Notes under the pieces: generated by a model | The model's database searches: none | Seen by the model: only the letters and a program-made list of their open reading frames with translations | What the model was told of the DNA's origin: nothing | Assembly (NCBI GenBank): GCA_963841015.1 | Contig: CAWJAX010000002.1 | Coordinates: 128,001 to 192,000, forward strand | DNA length: 64,000 nucleotides | From: an uncultured Methanoregulaceae archaeon | GTDB taxonomy: Archaea; Halobacteriota; Methanomicrobia; Methanomicrobiales; Methanospirillaceae | Reading direction: 5' to 3' | Translations under genes and position numbers: made by a program | In this document: piece after piece, positions 22,121 through 32,804 of the stretch | How positions within the stretch are numbered: the first letter of the stretch is position 1 | How the letters are laid out: every line of letters begins with the position of its first letter

Positions 22121-23262
22121 GCATCGAACCCCCGGACCTCAATAAGATATTCGCATTTTTCACCGAGCCGTTCCAGTGCCACATCCTGCCAGCCGGGCAC
22201 TGTTTCCGGTGAACCGATCAGAGCGAGATTAATCTCCCGGGAAAATCGCTTGGGATAGACATCGTGCATGCTGTCCCAATACGTGGCAATCGCATCAGAT
22301 CTCTTGTCGATAAACGCCGGTGAGGGAATCATGTCCCGTTTTTTCCCATTGACACTCTCCAGTGACGGCAGTAAGTTCCAGAGATTGTTATTCTTCCAGA
22401 CCGTGAAGGGAATCATGTGATCCACATGGAGCTTCGCAATATCGTTGATCGGCTTTCCGGACCAGACACATTCAAGGGCATGACAGTTCTGGTACAATTT
22501 CGTATAGACCTGTCGTGCCTCACTCACCGCCCGGCTGGTTTCCGGTACGGTTCTTAATGTTTCCATAACCGAGGCGACCGCGACCGATCCCCCGCTTGCC
22601 TTGCTCGTAAACTCTGCCCATTGATAGACCAGCGAATCATCGCCGGAGATGAAACTCCCCAGGTACTGGAATACCCAAAACAGATCGTTCCGGAACGAAA
22701 ATGTCCCGGAATAATGTACGACCGATTCCTGATCGAACGGTGTTCCAACAGGTATCCGTTGGGCATCGTTGTTATACGTGAAAACAGAGAAATCCCGGTG
22801 TCCCTGCGAGCGGCCCAGGTGTTTCATTGGCATGGTGGTTATCGTGGTTTTGAGTTTTACAATTAATGTACTGACCGTGGAAGAAATTTCAGGTGGGATG
22901 GATCCATTCACGTAGTCGTTATAGAAAACCGAGAAGCCACCTTTTCCTGCATAATAATCCGTTACTTCTTTGAAAAGAGGCCGGAAGGAGATCCTCTTTT
23001 GGAGGGAATCTTCTTTTTCTCCATGCATTTGTGGTAAAAATTCCTGGCTTTCAATAATGGGATAATAATACAGGAGCCATTTCTCAATGAGAAGCCCAAG
23101 AGGGAGAGAGACAAGATCCCCGGCCTCTTTTCTCAGGTGCTGGAATTCCTGCGAGACCTCAATGACGCTGCGTAACAGGGCAAACTTATAGGTCGTATCT
23201 TTGCTGTCCCGCTCAATAATCGTATTGATCGTTTTGAAATTCTGGAGATCAAACGATTCCAT
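22105..23262 (-). CDS. HNH endonuclease domain protein
   Basis: N-terminal TTYKFALLR; CVWSGK...HVDHMIPF...NLWNLLP...VNGKKRD. Confidence 0.88.
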   Translation of the reverse strand: MESFDLQNFKTINTIIERDSKDTTYKFALLRSVIEVSQEFQHLRKEAGDLVSLPLGLLIEKWLLYYYPIIESQEFLPQMHGEKEDSLQKRISFRPLFKEVTDYYAGKGGFSVFYNDYVNGSIPPEISSTVSTLIVKLKTTITTMPMKHLGRSQGHRDFSVFTYNNDAQRIPVGTPFDQESVVHYSGTFSFRNDLFWVFQYLGSFISGDDSLVYQWAEFTSKASGGSVAVASVMETLRTVPETSRAVSEARQVYTKLYQNCHALECVWSGKPINDIAKLHVDHMIPFTVWKNNNLWNLLPSLESVNGKKRDMIPSPAFIDKRSDAIATYWDSMHDVYPKRFSREINLALIGSPETVPGWQDVALERLGEKCEYLIEVRGFDAWSIP

Positions 23263-23339
23263 AGTGAAAAGATATCAGTCAATGCTCTTGCTCTTTTCTA
23301 TTTGCGGATGGAATTTCCGGGGCTAGCCCACGCGGCAAG

Positions 23340-23365
23340 GGGCGGAGCCCCGATGAGCGTCAGAC
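23340..23365. repeat. 26-bp dispersed intergenic repeat (second copy 28664-28689)
   Basis: GGGCGGAGCCCCGATGAGCGTCAGAC identical at both sites. Confidence 0.8.
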
Positions 23366-23367
23366 CC

Positions 23368-25253
23368 TCACTTCCCCACCGCATCCCCGCTCGCCACCAT
23401 CCTCTCGATGAACTCATTCTCCTTCGAATACGTCACAATCAGAACATCCGACGCCCGGGTCATTGCAACATACAGAAACCGCTGTTCCAGATCCCTATCC
23501 GCAGGAGTACGTGGCTCAAACAGATCAGCCCACATCACAAAGACGACCCGGTACTGGAGACCTTTGGCAGAAGCCACGGTCTGGACCTTAATCGACTGTT
23601 CAAAAACTTTCGTGCGGGAATAGTAATCCTCGTTCAGCCACGTGACCGGAGCGAGGGTGCCGAGGTCTTTGAGGAAATTTTTAAAAATCTCATTGTCTTT
23701 GTAGGGTTTTTTGACGTAGAGAATTCCAATCTCCTGAGGCTGTAATGTTATTTGGATCTCGTTGAAGGGAACATTACCTTCAAGAAGAACTTTTGATATG
23801 CTGACAATCCGCTTACATTCATCAGCATGGTCTTTGCATTTAAGGAGAATCGGTTTTGGTCCCCGCCGGATGGCCTGGCTCGGATCTACCGGAACAATCG
23901 AGATGGAATCTTCGTTGTTCTTCACATTTTTCGCCGTGAAATGTGCAGCGAGCTGAAGGATCTCCCGGGTATTCCGGTAATTCCGGTCGAGATCAAATGC
24001 CTGAATGAATGGTCCTGCCCTGCTGCTTTGATGCCGAGCGATTTCCAGCTCACAGAATCCGATGAGCCGAATTCCCTGGTTGCCATCACAGACGATCAGC
24101 AGATCGCCATCAAGAGGATCGTTCAGTGCTTCCAGAATACAGGAGAACCAGATCGGGGGGAAGTCCTGAGCCTCATCCACAAGGATCGCGTCATACTTCC
24201 GGGAATCCCCGGCATGGTTCTGGAGATGCTCCAGCAACCGGCTTCCCAATGCTGCATCATCTTCAAGTTTCCCGGTTGAAGGATCTTCCTTCCGGGATGA
24301 ATTCCATTATGCTTCACCCACCCATCGAAATGAAACACATTGATCCTGGGATAGTCCTTGAGAACATGTTTCAGGTACACACTCAGGACAACATTGTAAC
24401 AGAGCAGCAGGATCTTTGCTTCGGGATCCCGTTCATGCAACCATTTTGCCCGTGCGATAAGAAGAACAGTTTTCCCGGATCCGGCAACTCCATAAATAAT
24501 CCGATGTCCTTCACCAATTTTCCGGGCATTATTCTCCTGCTTGCGATCAAGAACGACAAGATCAAAACATTGCTGAGCATCTATTTCTGTCAGGGATTGT
24601 CGAAGGAATATAACTGAGAATAATTTCCGGGTGAATGATGGATCGGAGCACATCCACCTGTTCGTGATGAAAACGGTGTGATTGGCCAGTAGGGATCAAA
24701 AAACCGCATCAGGGTATTTCGGATCTCCTCGGCAGATGCATTTTCAAGCGCAACCAGTTCATCCCGGAACAGGGTATTATCCATCTTGAAAATTTCCGAA
24801 ATGTTCTGATCCTTGCGCCGTAAAATATTATCCCGGGAAATATTGGATAATACTACAAAATGACAGAACGGGAAGAAGAATTTATTTTTCCGGGGGCCTT
24901 CCTGATGGAGAAGCAGAGAGCGATTCGGACTTCTCTCACATGCCCTGGCCAGCCTCCACATATAATTCCGGGCCTGTTCGAGAGGATGAATCTCCTGCCG
25001 TTCGCGATTATCGAATATTAACTGTTATTTCAGAATGATTCCCTTTGACGATATCGTCAAGATACCAGCCTTTCACTTCAATAATTATTACCCCGAGATC
25101 CGGTGCGATCACAATAAAATCGGGATGACGGTTGTCGATGTTGGGTTCATAATAGATGAGATAGTCATCAGGAAGTTTTTTTAAAATAGCGAATGTTCGT
25201 TCTTCTCCCCGGCTCGCCTTTGAAGACAGGCGATCAGGGATACATTCAGCCAT
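23368..25253 (-). CDS. NERD nuclease fused to UvrD-like helicase, multiple frameshifts
   Basis: GE..F..L, PDFIVI...IEVKGW; GVAGSGKT; VDEAQD; NYRNT; SAKGLQY; LYVAMTRA. Confidence 0.85.
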
Positions 25254-25468
25254 TTTTAATTACACCAATTGTAAAATTGGGTCTTTATCGATGAATAATA
25301 TTTGTATTATTTTAACCGTGAATGAAATTTTTACGCTCTCTTGATGATATTGATTTAGAGAAATTAGAATGCCCCAATTTTAAAGTTCTCAAAATAAAAA
25401 TTACGTAAACGACACCTTTAACATAATCATTGAAAATAAAAAGCTATCAATACATATTGAGGTAATAG

Positions 25469-25895
25469 ATGACCAGATTCTGCCCTTATTGTGGAAAACC
25501 AGTTACCGATGATATCACAAAAATATGTTCAAATTGTGGAAAAGATCTTTCAGATACACCAGTCGTTGCTACCGCTCAGATAAGTACTTCGATGGATCGG
25601 CAGGAAATATTAGGGCGGGCAATCCCTTTTTTTGCAGCCAAAACCTATGCCGTTCAAACCCAAACAGATTATGTAATTGCATTTGAATCACAAAATCGCG
25701 ATGTGAGACTGGGTAATTTTTTTAGTGCTCTGTTGTTTGGGACTCATCCCCGCAGTAATTTACTATTATTGGTTTACCCACAAACATCAGGTCACGGTTT
25801 CCCTGAGTGGACCCACCGACACCAAAGTCACCGCCATTGGTAATACCGGACAGGCAAAAAATGATGCTGCAGAATTTATGAGGACGTTACAATAA
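25469..25895 (+). CDS. Zinc-ribbon membrane protein, frameshift near 25706
   Basis: FCPYCG...ICSNCG; the other frame continues with TM WVIFLVLCCLGLIPAVIYYYWF. Confidence 0.7.
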
Positions 25896-25914
25896 TTTAT
25901 TTCAAGCACTTTTT

Positions 25915-26382
25915 TTAAGATGATTTTTTAATCGTATACGACTTCTCATCAATCAAAGAATTATCCTCGCAGGCTAGTTTTTTCTTAATAGAGTAAGTTT
26001 TCGATAAAATGTAGATTCCTGCACCAGAAATCAATAATAAAACTGCGAGCCATTGACCGTTGGTAATCGCCCAATATCCACCCCCTATTCCAAAGCCTAA
26101 AGCTATTCCTGCAAGAACCCTGCAGAGATGTTGAATTATCAGAACTTTTGTTAATCTTCGTAATTGAGATAATAATGCAAATAGTAAGGCAAAAAAAATA
26201 CTTTCATATCCGGACGGTTTCAGGAAAATCAAAACCAATAACGCTGTCGGGTAAGCCAATAAGCATCCGGCACATAATCTCCTGTTGAACAAAACAATAA
26301 CGTCGTCATCAAAACAGGGACGGTTAGGATGATGAGAAAGTAAAAGTTCTTTAAATTCTTGCGGATTTAAAGACATTCGCAT
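25915..26382 (-). CDS. Membrane protein (DUF2085-like)
   Basis: LSHH...RLCAGC followed by TM helices; AT-rich. Confidence 0.65.
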   Translation of the reverse strand: MRMSLNPQEFKELLLSHHPNRPCFDDDVIVLFNRRLCAGCLLAYPTALLVLIFLKPSGYESIFFALLFALLSQLRRLTKVLIIQHLCRVLAGIALGFGIGGGYWAITNGQWLAVLLLISGAGIYILSKTYSIKKKLACEDNSLIDEKSYTIKKSS

Positions 26383-26504
26383 ATGATAATAATCGAGCAA
26401 CTTGATAATTGAGTCTTTTGATTATTGAGGACCAATTCGGATTCTAAAAAAAATCCAACCGCACATTAATCCCCACCCCTCCCCAATCCTGACAGTGTGA
26501 ACCC

Positions 26505-26921
26505 ATGACCGAACAATCGTTTATTACCTGCCTGAATGCACACAACTGTTTCGACCCGTGCTGTGATGCAGAATGCCCAAAACACGCAAATCCCGATGAA
26601 CCGTGCAGAGTCGGGCAGGGGAGCAGGAAGTGCTTCAGGATCGCGTGTCCGACCTGTAAAAATTTTCTGGAAAAAGAGAACGCTGACAAATACACCGATG
26701 AAAACCTTTTACTCGAAGTGAAGAACCTGACCGACGGAATATTTACCGATCTTGATCCTGAAAATGTAGGGCGACCATTGCTTGTTGTTCTGATTGGTGA
26801 TGAGGGGTACTATTACCGGAAGTCACCGGCATTTGATGGTGACTATGATAGCCTTATTACGAGTCTTGGTTATGTAATTGACGATTTGAAAGAGCGTTCA
26901 CCGGGTCAGGATCCCCTCTGA
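26505..26921 (+). CDS. Hypothetical protein with Cys-rich N-terminus
   Basis: Nine Cys in the first ~55 aa. Confidence 0.6.
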   Translation: MTEQSFITCLNAHNCFDPCCDAECPKHANPDEPCRVGQGSRKCFRIACPTCKNFLEKENADKYTDENLLLEVKNLTDGIFTDLDPENVGRPLLVVLIGDEGYYYRKSPAFDGDYDSLITSLGYVIDDLKERSPGQDPL

Positions 26922-27059
26922 AAAACAGTCTCCGATGGAGAATCTTAAGGGTAAAAGAATAGATCTCCTTCAGTAGTTTTCGTGAAATTCCAGATCCTCA
27001 AAACAAGCCTTTTTCCCTTCCACACCCACCAATCCATCCATAAAAACGATCCCCCTCCC

Positions 27060-27228
27060 AAACAGGTTTAAACAGGCCGGTTTTCCTGCCCTTAAAACCG
27101 TTCATTCCCGATTATAAGCCCAATAATCACAAATCCGGAAAAACATGCCCAAAAACGCCCCATTCAGGCCGGTCAGAAAAGACTGGGCCAAAACAAAATA
27201 TGCCCTATTTTGAGCCCAGATTGCCATT
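27060..27228 (+). repeat. ~169-bp non-coding direct repeat, copy 1
   Basis: AAACAGGTTTAAACAGGCCGGTTTTCC...CAGATTGCCATT matches 28785-28952. Confidence 0.9.
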
Positions 27229-27450
27229 CCGGGCAATATTTGGATCATAGGTAGTTCGCAGGTCCAAAAAGGAGATCTCACCGTCGGAGGTCCTCTGGCT
27301 TCAGGATTATGTTGATCCCGTTGTACGAAACCTGGACCGCCAGGGAGAACTTTTACGATGTTCGCGGGTCCGTATGCATTCACCGGCAGGGTCCGGCCCG
27401 TTACCGGGATCCACAACACCTATCAGCTCGTGCGTCAAAAAAATGGACAT

Positions 27451-28035
27451 ATGTCTAAAAAAATAGACATCAATGAGAATGATCTGAGTGTACTTGCGCT
27501 CTTCACTGGCGGGTACGACCGGGAATACTATATCCGGGAGATCAGTACGGTCCTCCCGCTGAGTCATGGGACCGCCCAGACGATTCTCGAACGGTTTGAG
27601 AAAAAACTCGTGCTCGCATCGACCCTCAAAGGAAAAACCCGGATCTTCCGGATCAAGCCCGGGGAGATCGCGGTCCAGTATTTCATTCTCGCCGAACAAT
27701 ACAAAAAAATTGCATTCATGGAAGAACGACCCTATGAAACGGAAGTGCTGAACAGGATAGATCCCTTCACCGATGGCATCACCCTCGTCTTCGGGAGCTA
27801 TGCAAAGGGTACAGAAACACAAGAATCCGATCTCGATCTCCTTGTCGCGGGGCACTGTGATGAGGAAAAGATCTCCCGGGTGGGAAAAATGTTCGATAAA
27901 GAGATCAGTATCCATCGATTCGCGGAAGATGTTTTTTTGAAAAACGACCCGCGGGACACTCTTCTCATCGAAGCAAAAAAGCATCATATAGTCTGGAAAA
28001 ACCCGGAGCGTTTCGTCCGTGAGGTGGTCCGGTGA
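27451..28035 (+). CDS. wHTH-nucleotidyltransferase (MNT antitoxin)
   Basis: YYIREI HTH; VFGSYAKG...ESDLDLLV. Confidence 0.9.
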   Translation: MSKKIDINENDLSVLALFTGGYDREYYIREISTVLPLSHGTAQTILERFEKKLVLASTLKGKTRIFRIKPGEIAVQYFILAEQYKKIAFMEERPYETEVLNRIDPFTDGITLVFGSYAKGTETQESDLDLLVAGHCDEEKISRVGKMFDKEISIHRFAEDVFLKNDPRDTLLIEAKKHHIVWKNPERFVREVVR

Positions 28036-28514
28036 AGAACAAGCTGTCCTGGTGTGCTGATGCAAAAAACGGGATCATGCTTGTCGAGCCAAACAACGAT
28101 GTTGCACTCGCGTATCTTAAGAAGTCCGGGGATGCGATGGAGGCCATGCATTCCGTTGTTTCCCATGACTGGAAAATTTCCGCCGGGTACTATTCCCTGT
28201 ACTTCTCGCTCTATGCAGTGCTGATGAAAGCCGGCATAAAATCGGAAAACCATGTCTGCACAATCGAGATCATGCAGCACATTCTTGCGGATTTTTTTAC
28301 CCGGGAGGAATGTAAATTGATGGAACGGGCCCGGCACGCACGGGTCGAGTCCCAGTACTATACCACAAGCGAGATCCCTGCCGCATTTGAGGATACCCTG
28401 GCAAAACAGGTCCCGCGTTTCCTGGTGAAATGCCAGGGAATTGTAGACCGGATGGATGCAAAAAAGATCCAGAAAATCCGGGAGATATTCACGGAACAGG
28501 TGAAACGAAGGTAA
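28032..28514 (+). CDS. HEPN domain protein (toxin)
   Basis: GYYSLY..LYA.L...GIKSENH; R....Y motif (RVESQY); overlaps the MNT stop. Confidence 0.88.
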   Translation: MKNKLSWCADAKNGIMLVEPNNDVALAYLKKSGDAMEAMHSVVSHDWKISAGYYSLYFSLYAVLMKAGIKSENHVCTIEIMQHILADFFTREECKLMERARHARVESQYYTTSEIPAAFEDTLAKQVPRFLVKCQGIVDRMDAKKIQKIREIFTEQVKRR

Positions 28515-28784
28515 TATTCTCTTTTCAAAGAGATGGACACTCAACAGATGCTGGTGCTAAAATGAGCGTCCCTTTACCAATCATGCTCACCCTGTTGCCG
28601 TCATAAATTTTTTGGCATTCTCATTTATTATTGGACCCCCGGGTCCCGGCCCCTGCTGGCTGTGGGCGGAGCCCCGATGAGCGTCAGACATATCCGGCAT
28701 AGATCGCCAAAAACACCATCTCCGAAACCAGGTGCTCCCCCGCTATCAGGAGGTATAATGGGTCTATTAAGATATCCACAAACA

Positions 28785-28952
28785 AAACAGGTTTAAACAG
28801 GCCGGTTTTCCTGCCCTTAAAACCGTTCATTCCCTATAAAAAGCCCAATAATCATAAATCCGGAAAAACATTCCCAAAAACGCCCCATTCAGGCCGGTCA
28901 GGAAAGACTGAGCCAAAACAAAATATACTCATATTGAGCCCAGATTGCCATT
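28785..28952 (+). repeat. ~169-bp non-coding direct repeat, copy 2
   Basis: Matches 27060-27228 with scattered substitutions. Confidence 0.9.
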
Positions 28953-29228
28953 TTGAGCCTTATTTAGTACATAAGAGGAGGACAGGTCAGGAAAGTGTAC
29001 TTCTGGTCCGGCATTTCAAAAATTCCGGGATACTTTTATTTACCTGAAGCCCTATCCCTCACGTGTAAAACCCTGAAAGGATATGCAGGAATGAAGGCAT
29101 GCATCGATCCTGGCCTTCTCACACCATGATGATCCGACCTGATTTTAAAGAGTAGTACCAGAGCATGCAATTGATCGGTATCACCATCGTGAACCCTGCC
29201 CACAGGGAAAACATGAGGTGAATGAAGC

Positions 29229-30728
29229 ATGTCGGAACTCTACAAAAAAATGATTGACGAAGCTATGGCTGCCCAGCGGGCAGATGTGGGCATGGTCAAA
29301 AAGAAGCGAGGCCAGGCATTTGTCATCGATGATGCCAAGGTCTATCTCGATGCGGTAAAGCAGATGAAGGCGGCCGGGGACCAGTCAAAGGCGGTCTTCC
29401 AGCTGCATACCGAATCGGTAAAGGCGCATTTTGAATCCCTGGAAGCACTCACCAGGACCGTCCGACCGGAAGACGACCCCTTTGTTGAGCACTACCAGAC
29501 CCCGGTTGTGATGGAGATACTCTATGACCAGGATCCGGCATTCAGGAAGAGCATCGATGCGTTCGTACAGGCCATCGGGAAATCAGAAGCACTGGTCGGG
29601 AAGGAGGCCGCACGGCGCTATTCCGGGTTCTACGGGCCGACCTGCGTGGTGGACTTTGCCCTTATCCCGGGCAGCACCAGCAACGTGGTCAACCAGATCC
29701 TCCGGAAAGTGAATATTCCGGTTGCCCACAAGCAGGCAATCCTTGCCTCCAAGTCGTGGGGGATGAACACGTCCTATGGCATTGGGGAGGTCTTTGCTCA
29801 CGAGACGGAGAAAGGAGCAACCCTTGCCGATGCCGTGAAGGCAGAGATCGCGATGCTCAAAGATGTTTATGACAAGCCGGTGGAGACACAGGGTAAGCTC
29901 ATGGATGCAGCCGGCATGAACTCGTTTGACTGCCGGAAGTACATGGCGGATTACCGGAAGAAGATGGAACACACGGTAAAAGCCGCGGTTGACGATGGCG
30001 TGCATTATGGCAATATCGTCACGATCCCCGCGTACTGTGTCGGGGACATCGCCCATCACATCTCCCAGTCGACCTTCAACATGTGCAAGGATGATGTTAT
30101 CATGGCGACCATCGAGGCTGCAACCGAGGTCATGGACCTGAACCTCAGAAATGCCATCCCGAAATTCAGGAACGAGTACGACATCCTCTCGCTTGCAACG
30201 GGTGCATCGGCCTGTGCTGCCGAATACCTCCTTGAGCTCGACGGGTTCAACGCGATCATGATTGTCGACCTGCTTACCAAGCGGTGGCATAACTATGTCC
30301 AGCTCTACCCGACCCGGGGTGCAGCCGCGGAACTGCACAACTGCGACTTCATGGATATGATCTACCGGGGCTGGAAGTACCTCGACAAGGCACGCCGGGC
30401 CCAGGATGGTGAACCCGGGATGCTGAAGCCGAAAGTCGGGATCTTCGATGTCGATCTCTCCCCCATCCACAAAAACGAGGTCCTCATGAACCCGCAGCGC
30501 TACGCCTACCCGGCCTGTGCCATCACGGTCCGGGCATCGGCAATGCTGAGACTCTCGGATTACCCGTGCCTCCTCACGAGTGAACCGGTGACCGCCACGC
30601 TCATGACCAACATTATTGCCCTGCACAAGGAGATCGCTGCTGCCCCGGCCCGGATCTGCAAGGACTGTGCATCGGCAGCACTCATGGATTTCCGCCACTG
30701 TTACTGCCAGTGGAAAGAGGCGGTCTGA
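29229..30728 (+). CDS. DUF2193 family methanogen protein
   Basis: LYKKMIDEAMAAQRAD..., DDPFVEHYQTP, C-terminal CKDC...CYCQWKEAV; GAGGTG RBS. Confidence 0.85.
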   Translation: MSELYKKMIDEAMAAQRADVGMVKKKRGQAFVIDDAKVYLDAVKQMKAAGDQSKAVFQLHTESVKAHFESLEALTRTVRPEDDPFVEHYQTPVVMEILYDQDPAFRKSIDAFVQAIGKSEALVGKEAARRYSGFYGPTCVVDFALIPGSTSNVVNQILRKVNIPVAHKQAILASKSWGMNTSYGIGEVFAHETEKGATLADAVKAEIAMLKDVYDKPVETQGKLMDAAGMNSFDCRKYMADYRKKMEHTVKAAVDDGVHYGNIVTIPAYCVGDIAHHISQSTFNMCKDDVIMATIEAATEVMDLNLRNAIPKFRNEYDILSLATGASACAAEYLLELDGFNAIMIVDLLTKRWHNYVQLYPTRGAAAELHNCDFMDMIYRGWKYLDKARRAQDGEPGMLKPKVGIFDVDLSPIHKNEVLMNPQRYAYPACAITVRASAMLRLSDYPCLLTSEPVTATLMTNIIALHKEIAAAPARICKDCASAALMDFRHCYCQWKEAV

Positions 30729-30755
30729 TTATTTTTGTTATGGAGGTGAAAAAAG

Positions 30756-30968
30756 ATGAAATGTTACGTGTGTGCAAAGGAAGGAAAAGAGAGTGATGCC
30801 GTTGCTGTATGCATTGCCTGCGGTATGGGGACGTGTATGAAGCATACCATCCGGAAAGAAGTGGATGTCTGGGAAGGGAGTTATCCCCTGCCCTCCCGCA
30901 AGCTGCCAAAGAAGATGCCACGGATGCTCTGTCCGGACTGTAATGCCGCGTATGGAGAGGCAAAGTGA
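30756..30968 (+). CDS. DUF2180 zinc-binding protein
   Basis: MKCYVC...AVAVCIACGMGTC..H...LCPDC. Confidence 0.85.
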   Translation: MKCYVCAKEGKESDAVAVCIACGMGTCMKHTIRKEVDVWEGSYPLPSRKLPKKMPRMLCPDCNAAYGEAK

Positions 30969-31708
30969 TGGCATCGCTGGCAAAACGTTGTGTTGCCGAA
31001 ATGGCGGGAACCGCACTGCTCGTGTATTTCGGGGCTGGTGCTGCTGCTATCACGCTGATGATTGCAGAAGGTGCTCATCCTGCGACACCGTTTAACATCG
31101 GTATTGGCGAACTCGGAGGGCTGGGCGACTGGTTCGCGATCGGCATGGCTTTTGCCATCGTGATTGCTGCGGTGATCTATTCCATGGGAAGAATCTCCGG
31201 AGCTCATATCAACCCGGCGGTCACGATTGCGCTCTTTGCAACAAAGAGGTTCCCCGCCGGTGAGACCGGGGCGTATGTCATCGTCCAGTTGATAGGTGCT
31301 GCCATCGGGAGCCTGCTCTTTGCTGCAACCGCCGGCATGGATGCGGTCACCATCGGCGGGCTCGGGGCAACCGCACCGTTTCCCGGGATCGGGTACGGGC
31401 AGGCAATCCTTGCCGAGACCATCGGCACCTTCGTCCTGATGCTGGTTATCATGGGCATTGCGGTCGACAGCCGGGCACCGCAGGGATTTGCCGGGCTGGT
31501 GATCGGGCTTACGGTGGCAGGAATGATAACAACACTGGGCAATATCTCCGGGGCATCACTCAACACGGCGAGGACGTTTGGTCCCTACCTGATCGATTCG
31601 GTACTGGGAAGACCTGCACCCTGGGAGTTCTTCCCGATCTATATCATCGGGCCGATTGTCGGGGCGGTGGCAGCGGCATTCTTTTACGACTGGATCGTAA
31701 CGGAGTAA
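30965..31708 (+). CDS. MIP/aquaporin channel
   Basis: ISGAHINPAVT and SGASLNTARTFGP (second NPA reads NTA). Confidence 0.93.
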   Translation: MMASLAKRCVAEMAGTALLVYFGAGAAAITLMIAEGAHPATPFNIGIGELGGLGDWFAIGMAFAIVIAAVIYSMGRISGAHINPAVTIALFATKRFPAGETGAYVIVQLIGAAIGSLLFAATAGMDAVTIGGLGATAPFPGIGYGQAILAETIGTFVLMLVIMGIAVDSRAPQGFAGLVIGLTVAGMITTLGNISGASLNTARTFGPYLIDSVLGRPAPWEFFPIYIIGPIVGAVAAAFFYDWIVTE

Positions 31709-32102
31709 TTTTCCTTCATCAATTTTTTCGTTTCTCCAAAAGTGCCCATGGGTGGCTGAATTTTCTTGCGTGACTAAAAAGTCGTACTGTAACCACACCT
31801 ACATAAAAATGGAGTTTCGCCTCCCGACAGGTGCTGTTAGCGGTGATTTTCAGCTCCGAAAACGTCCCCGATTTCCAAACAAGCAACGGAGCGGGGAATC
31901 CCAAATCATTCAGGCTGTTTTTTCACGAATGAGTGATATTTGATGGTCGGGAACCCTTCAGGAGAAGATAGTCTCCAACATAGAAGCGGTGCAGGTGCAA
32001 GAGCAGGTTTGTAAGCTGTTTTGTGGGGAATTCCCGATCCCGGAAAAAAGCCTTAGGTATGCCGGGAAAAACATCAGGCAAAAATGCTGGCCAGAATCCC
32101 TC

Positions 32103-32386
32103 TCAGATCCTTCCGTATTTTTTATGAGCCTGCTCAGTAGTCATGATCTCGTTGATGATAATTACCTGATCACGAGGATAAAAGAATACGGTATACCGAT
32201 AGGACACATGCATCCGGTAGCGTTCTTTTGGCATAGTGAGCCGTTTTATATCTCCGTGTGCATGCGGATGGTCGGCAAGCCGATCTATATGTTCTCCTAC
32301 AATACGGCGATCTTTCTCCGGCAGATTTACAAGGAACTTTATTGCCCGTTCCGTGATTTCTATGTTCAGGAAATCACTTCACTCAA
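32103..32386 (-). pseudogene. RelE/ParE-like toxin, start disrupted (not in ORF track)
   Basis: SDFLNIEITERAIKFLVNLPEKDRRIV...HP..GDIKRL...YRMHV..RYTVFF...AHKKYGRI*; the TTG start is out of frame because of an AGTGA duplication. Confidence 0.75.
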
Positions 32387-32610
32387 AGACCAAGATCCTT
32401 CTTTACCCGGTTCCACGACACCGTCTTTTCAGTATCATCGATCACATCGAGATCAGCAATGAGCTGCAATCGCTGGTGATCGGTGATCAATTCGGCAATC
32501 GTATCATCAAAGGTCTGACCCGGTTTTCGCAGCCGCGAGAGTGTTGCCCACGTGCTCGGTGTCAGGGCGACTCTCTTGGTTGCGATTTCTCCTTCCTGTG
32601 CTTGTGCCAT
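32383..32610 (-). CDS. Antitoxin (VapB/RHH-like)
   Basis: TKRVAL...TW..L..LRKPGQTFDDTI.EL; SW..VKKDLGL tail typical of RelB-like partners. Confidence 0.8.
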   Translation of the reverse strand: MAQAQEGEIATKRVALTPSTWATLSRLRKPGQTFDDTIAELITDHQRLQLIADLDVIDDTEKTVSWNRVKKDLGL

Positions 32611-32804
32611 ACATTCACCTTCCCATGATTGGTATCAGACAAATTTACAAGTTGTCTAATCGTGACAATATTTACATGGTTGACATTCTCGCGCAATAAA
32701 GGTGGTGGTGGACCTTTAACCCGGTACCAGAAAACCAGGCATAAAAGGTTGTATCAATAGGTTGCGTTACCCTGATCCGGAAGTGATCGCCACCTGTTCT
32801 ATGC

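Noticed and set aside
23368-25253. Programmed frameshifting in the helicase genes
   Set aside because: Indels are numerous, lack slippery motifs and also hit housekeeping-type genes; sequencing error is more likely.
29583-30698. 371-aa antisense ORF
   Set aside because: Shadow of the DUF2193 gene; the same applies to 33120-34025, 34586-35266 and 40706-41305.
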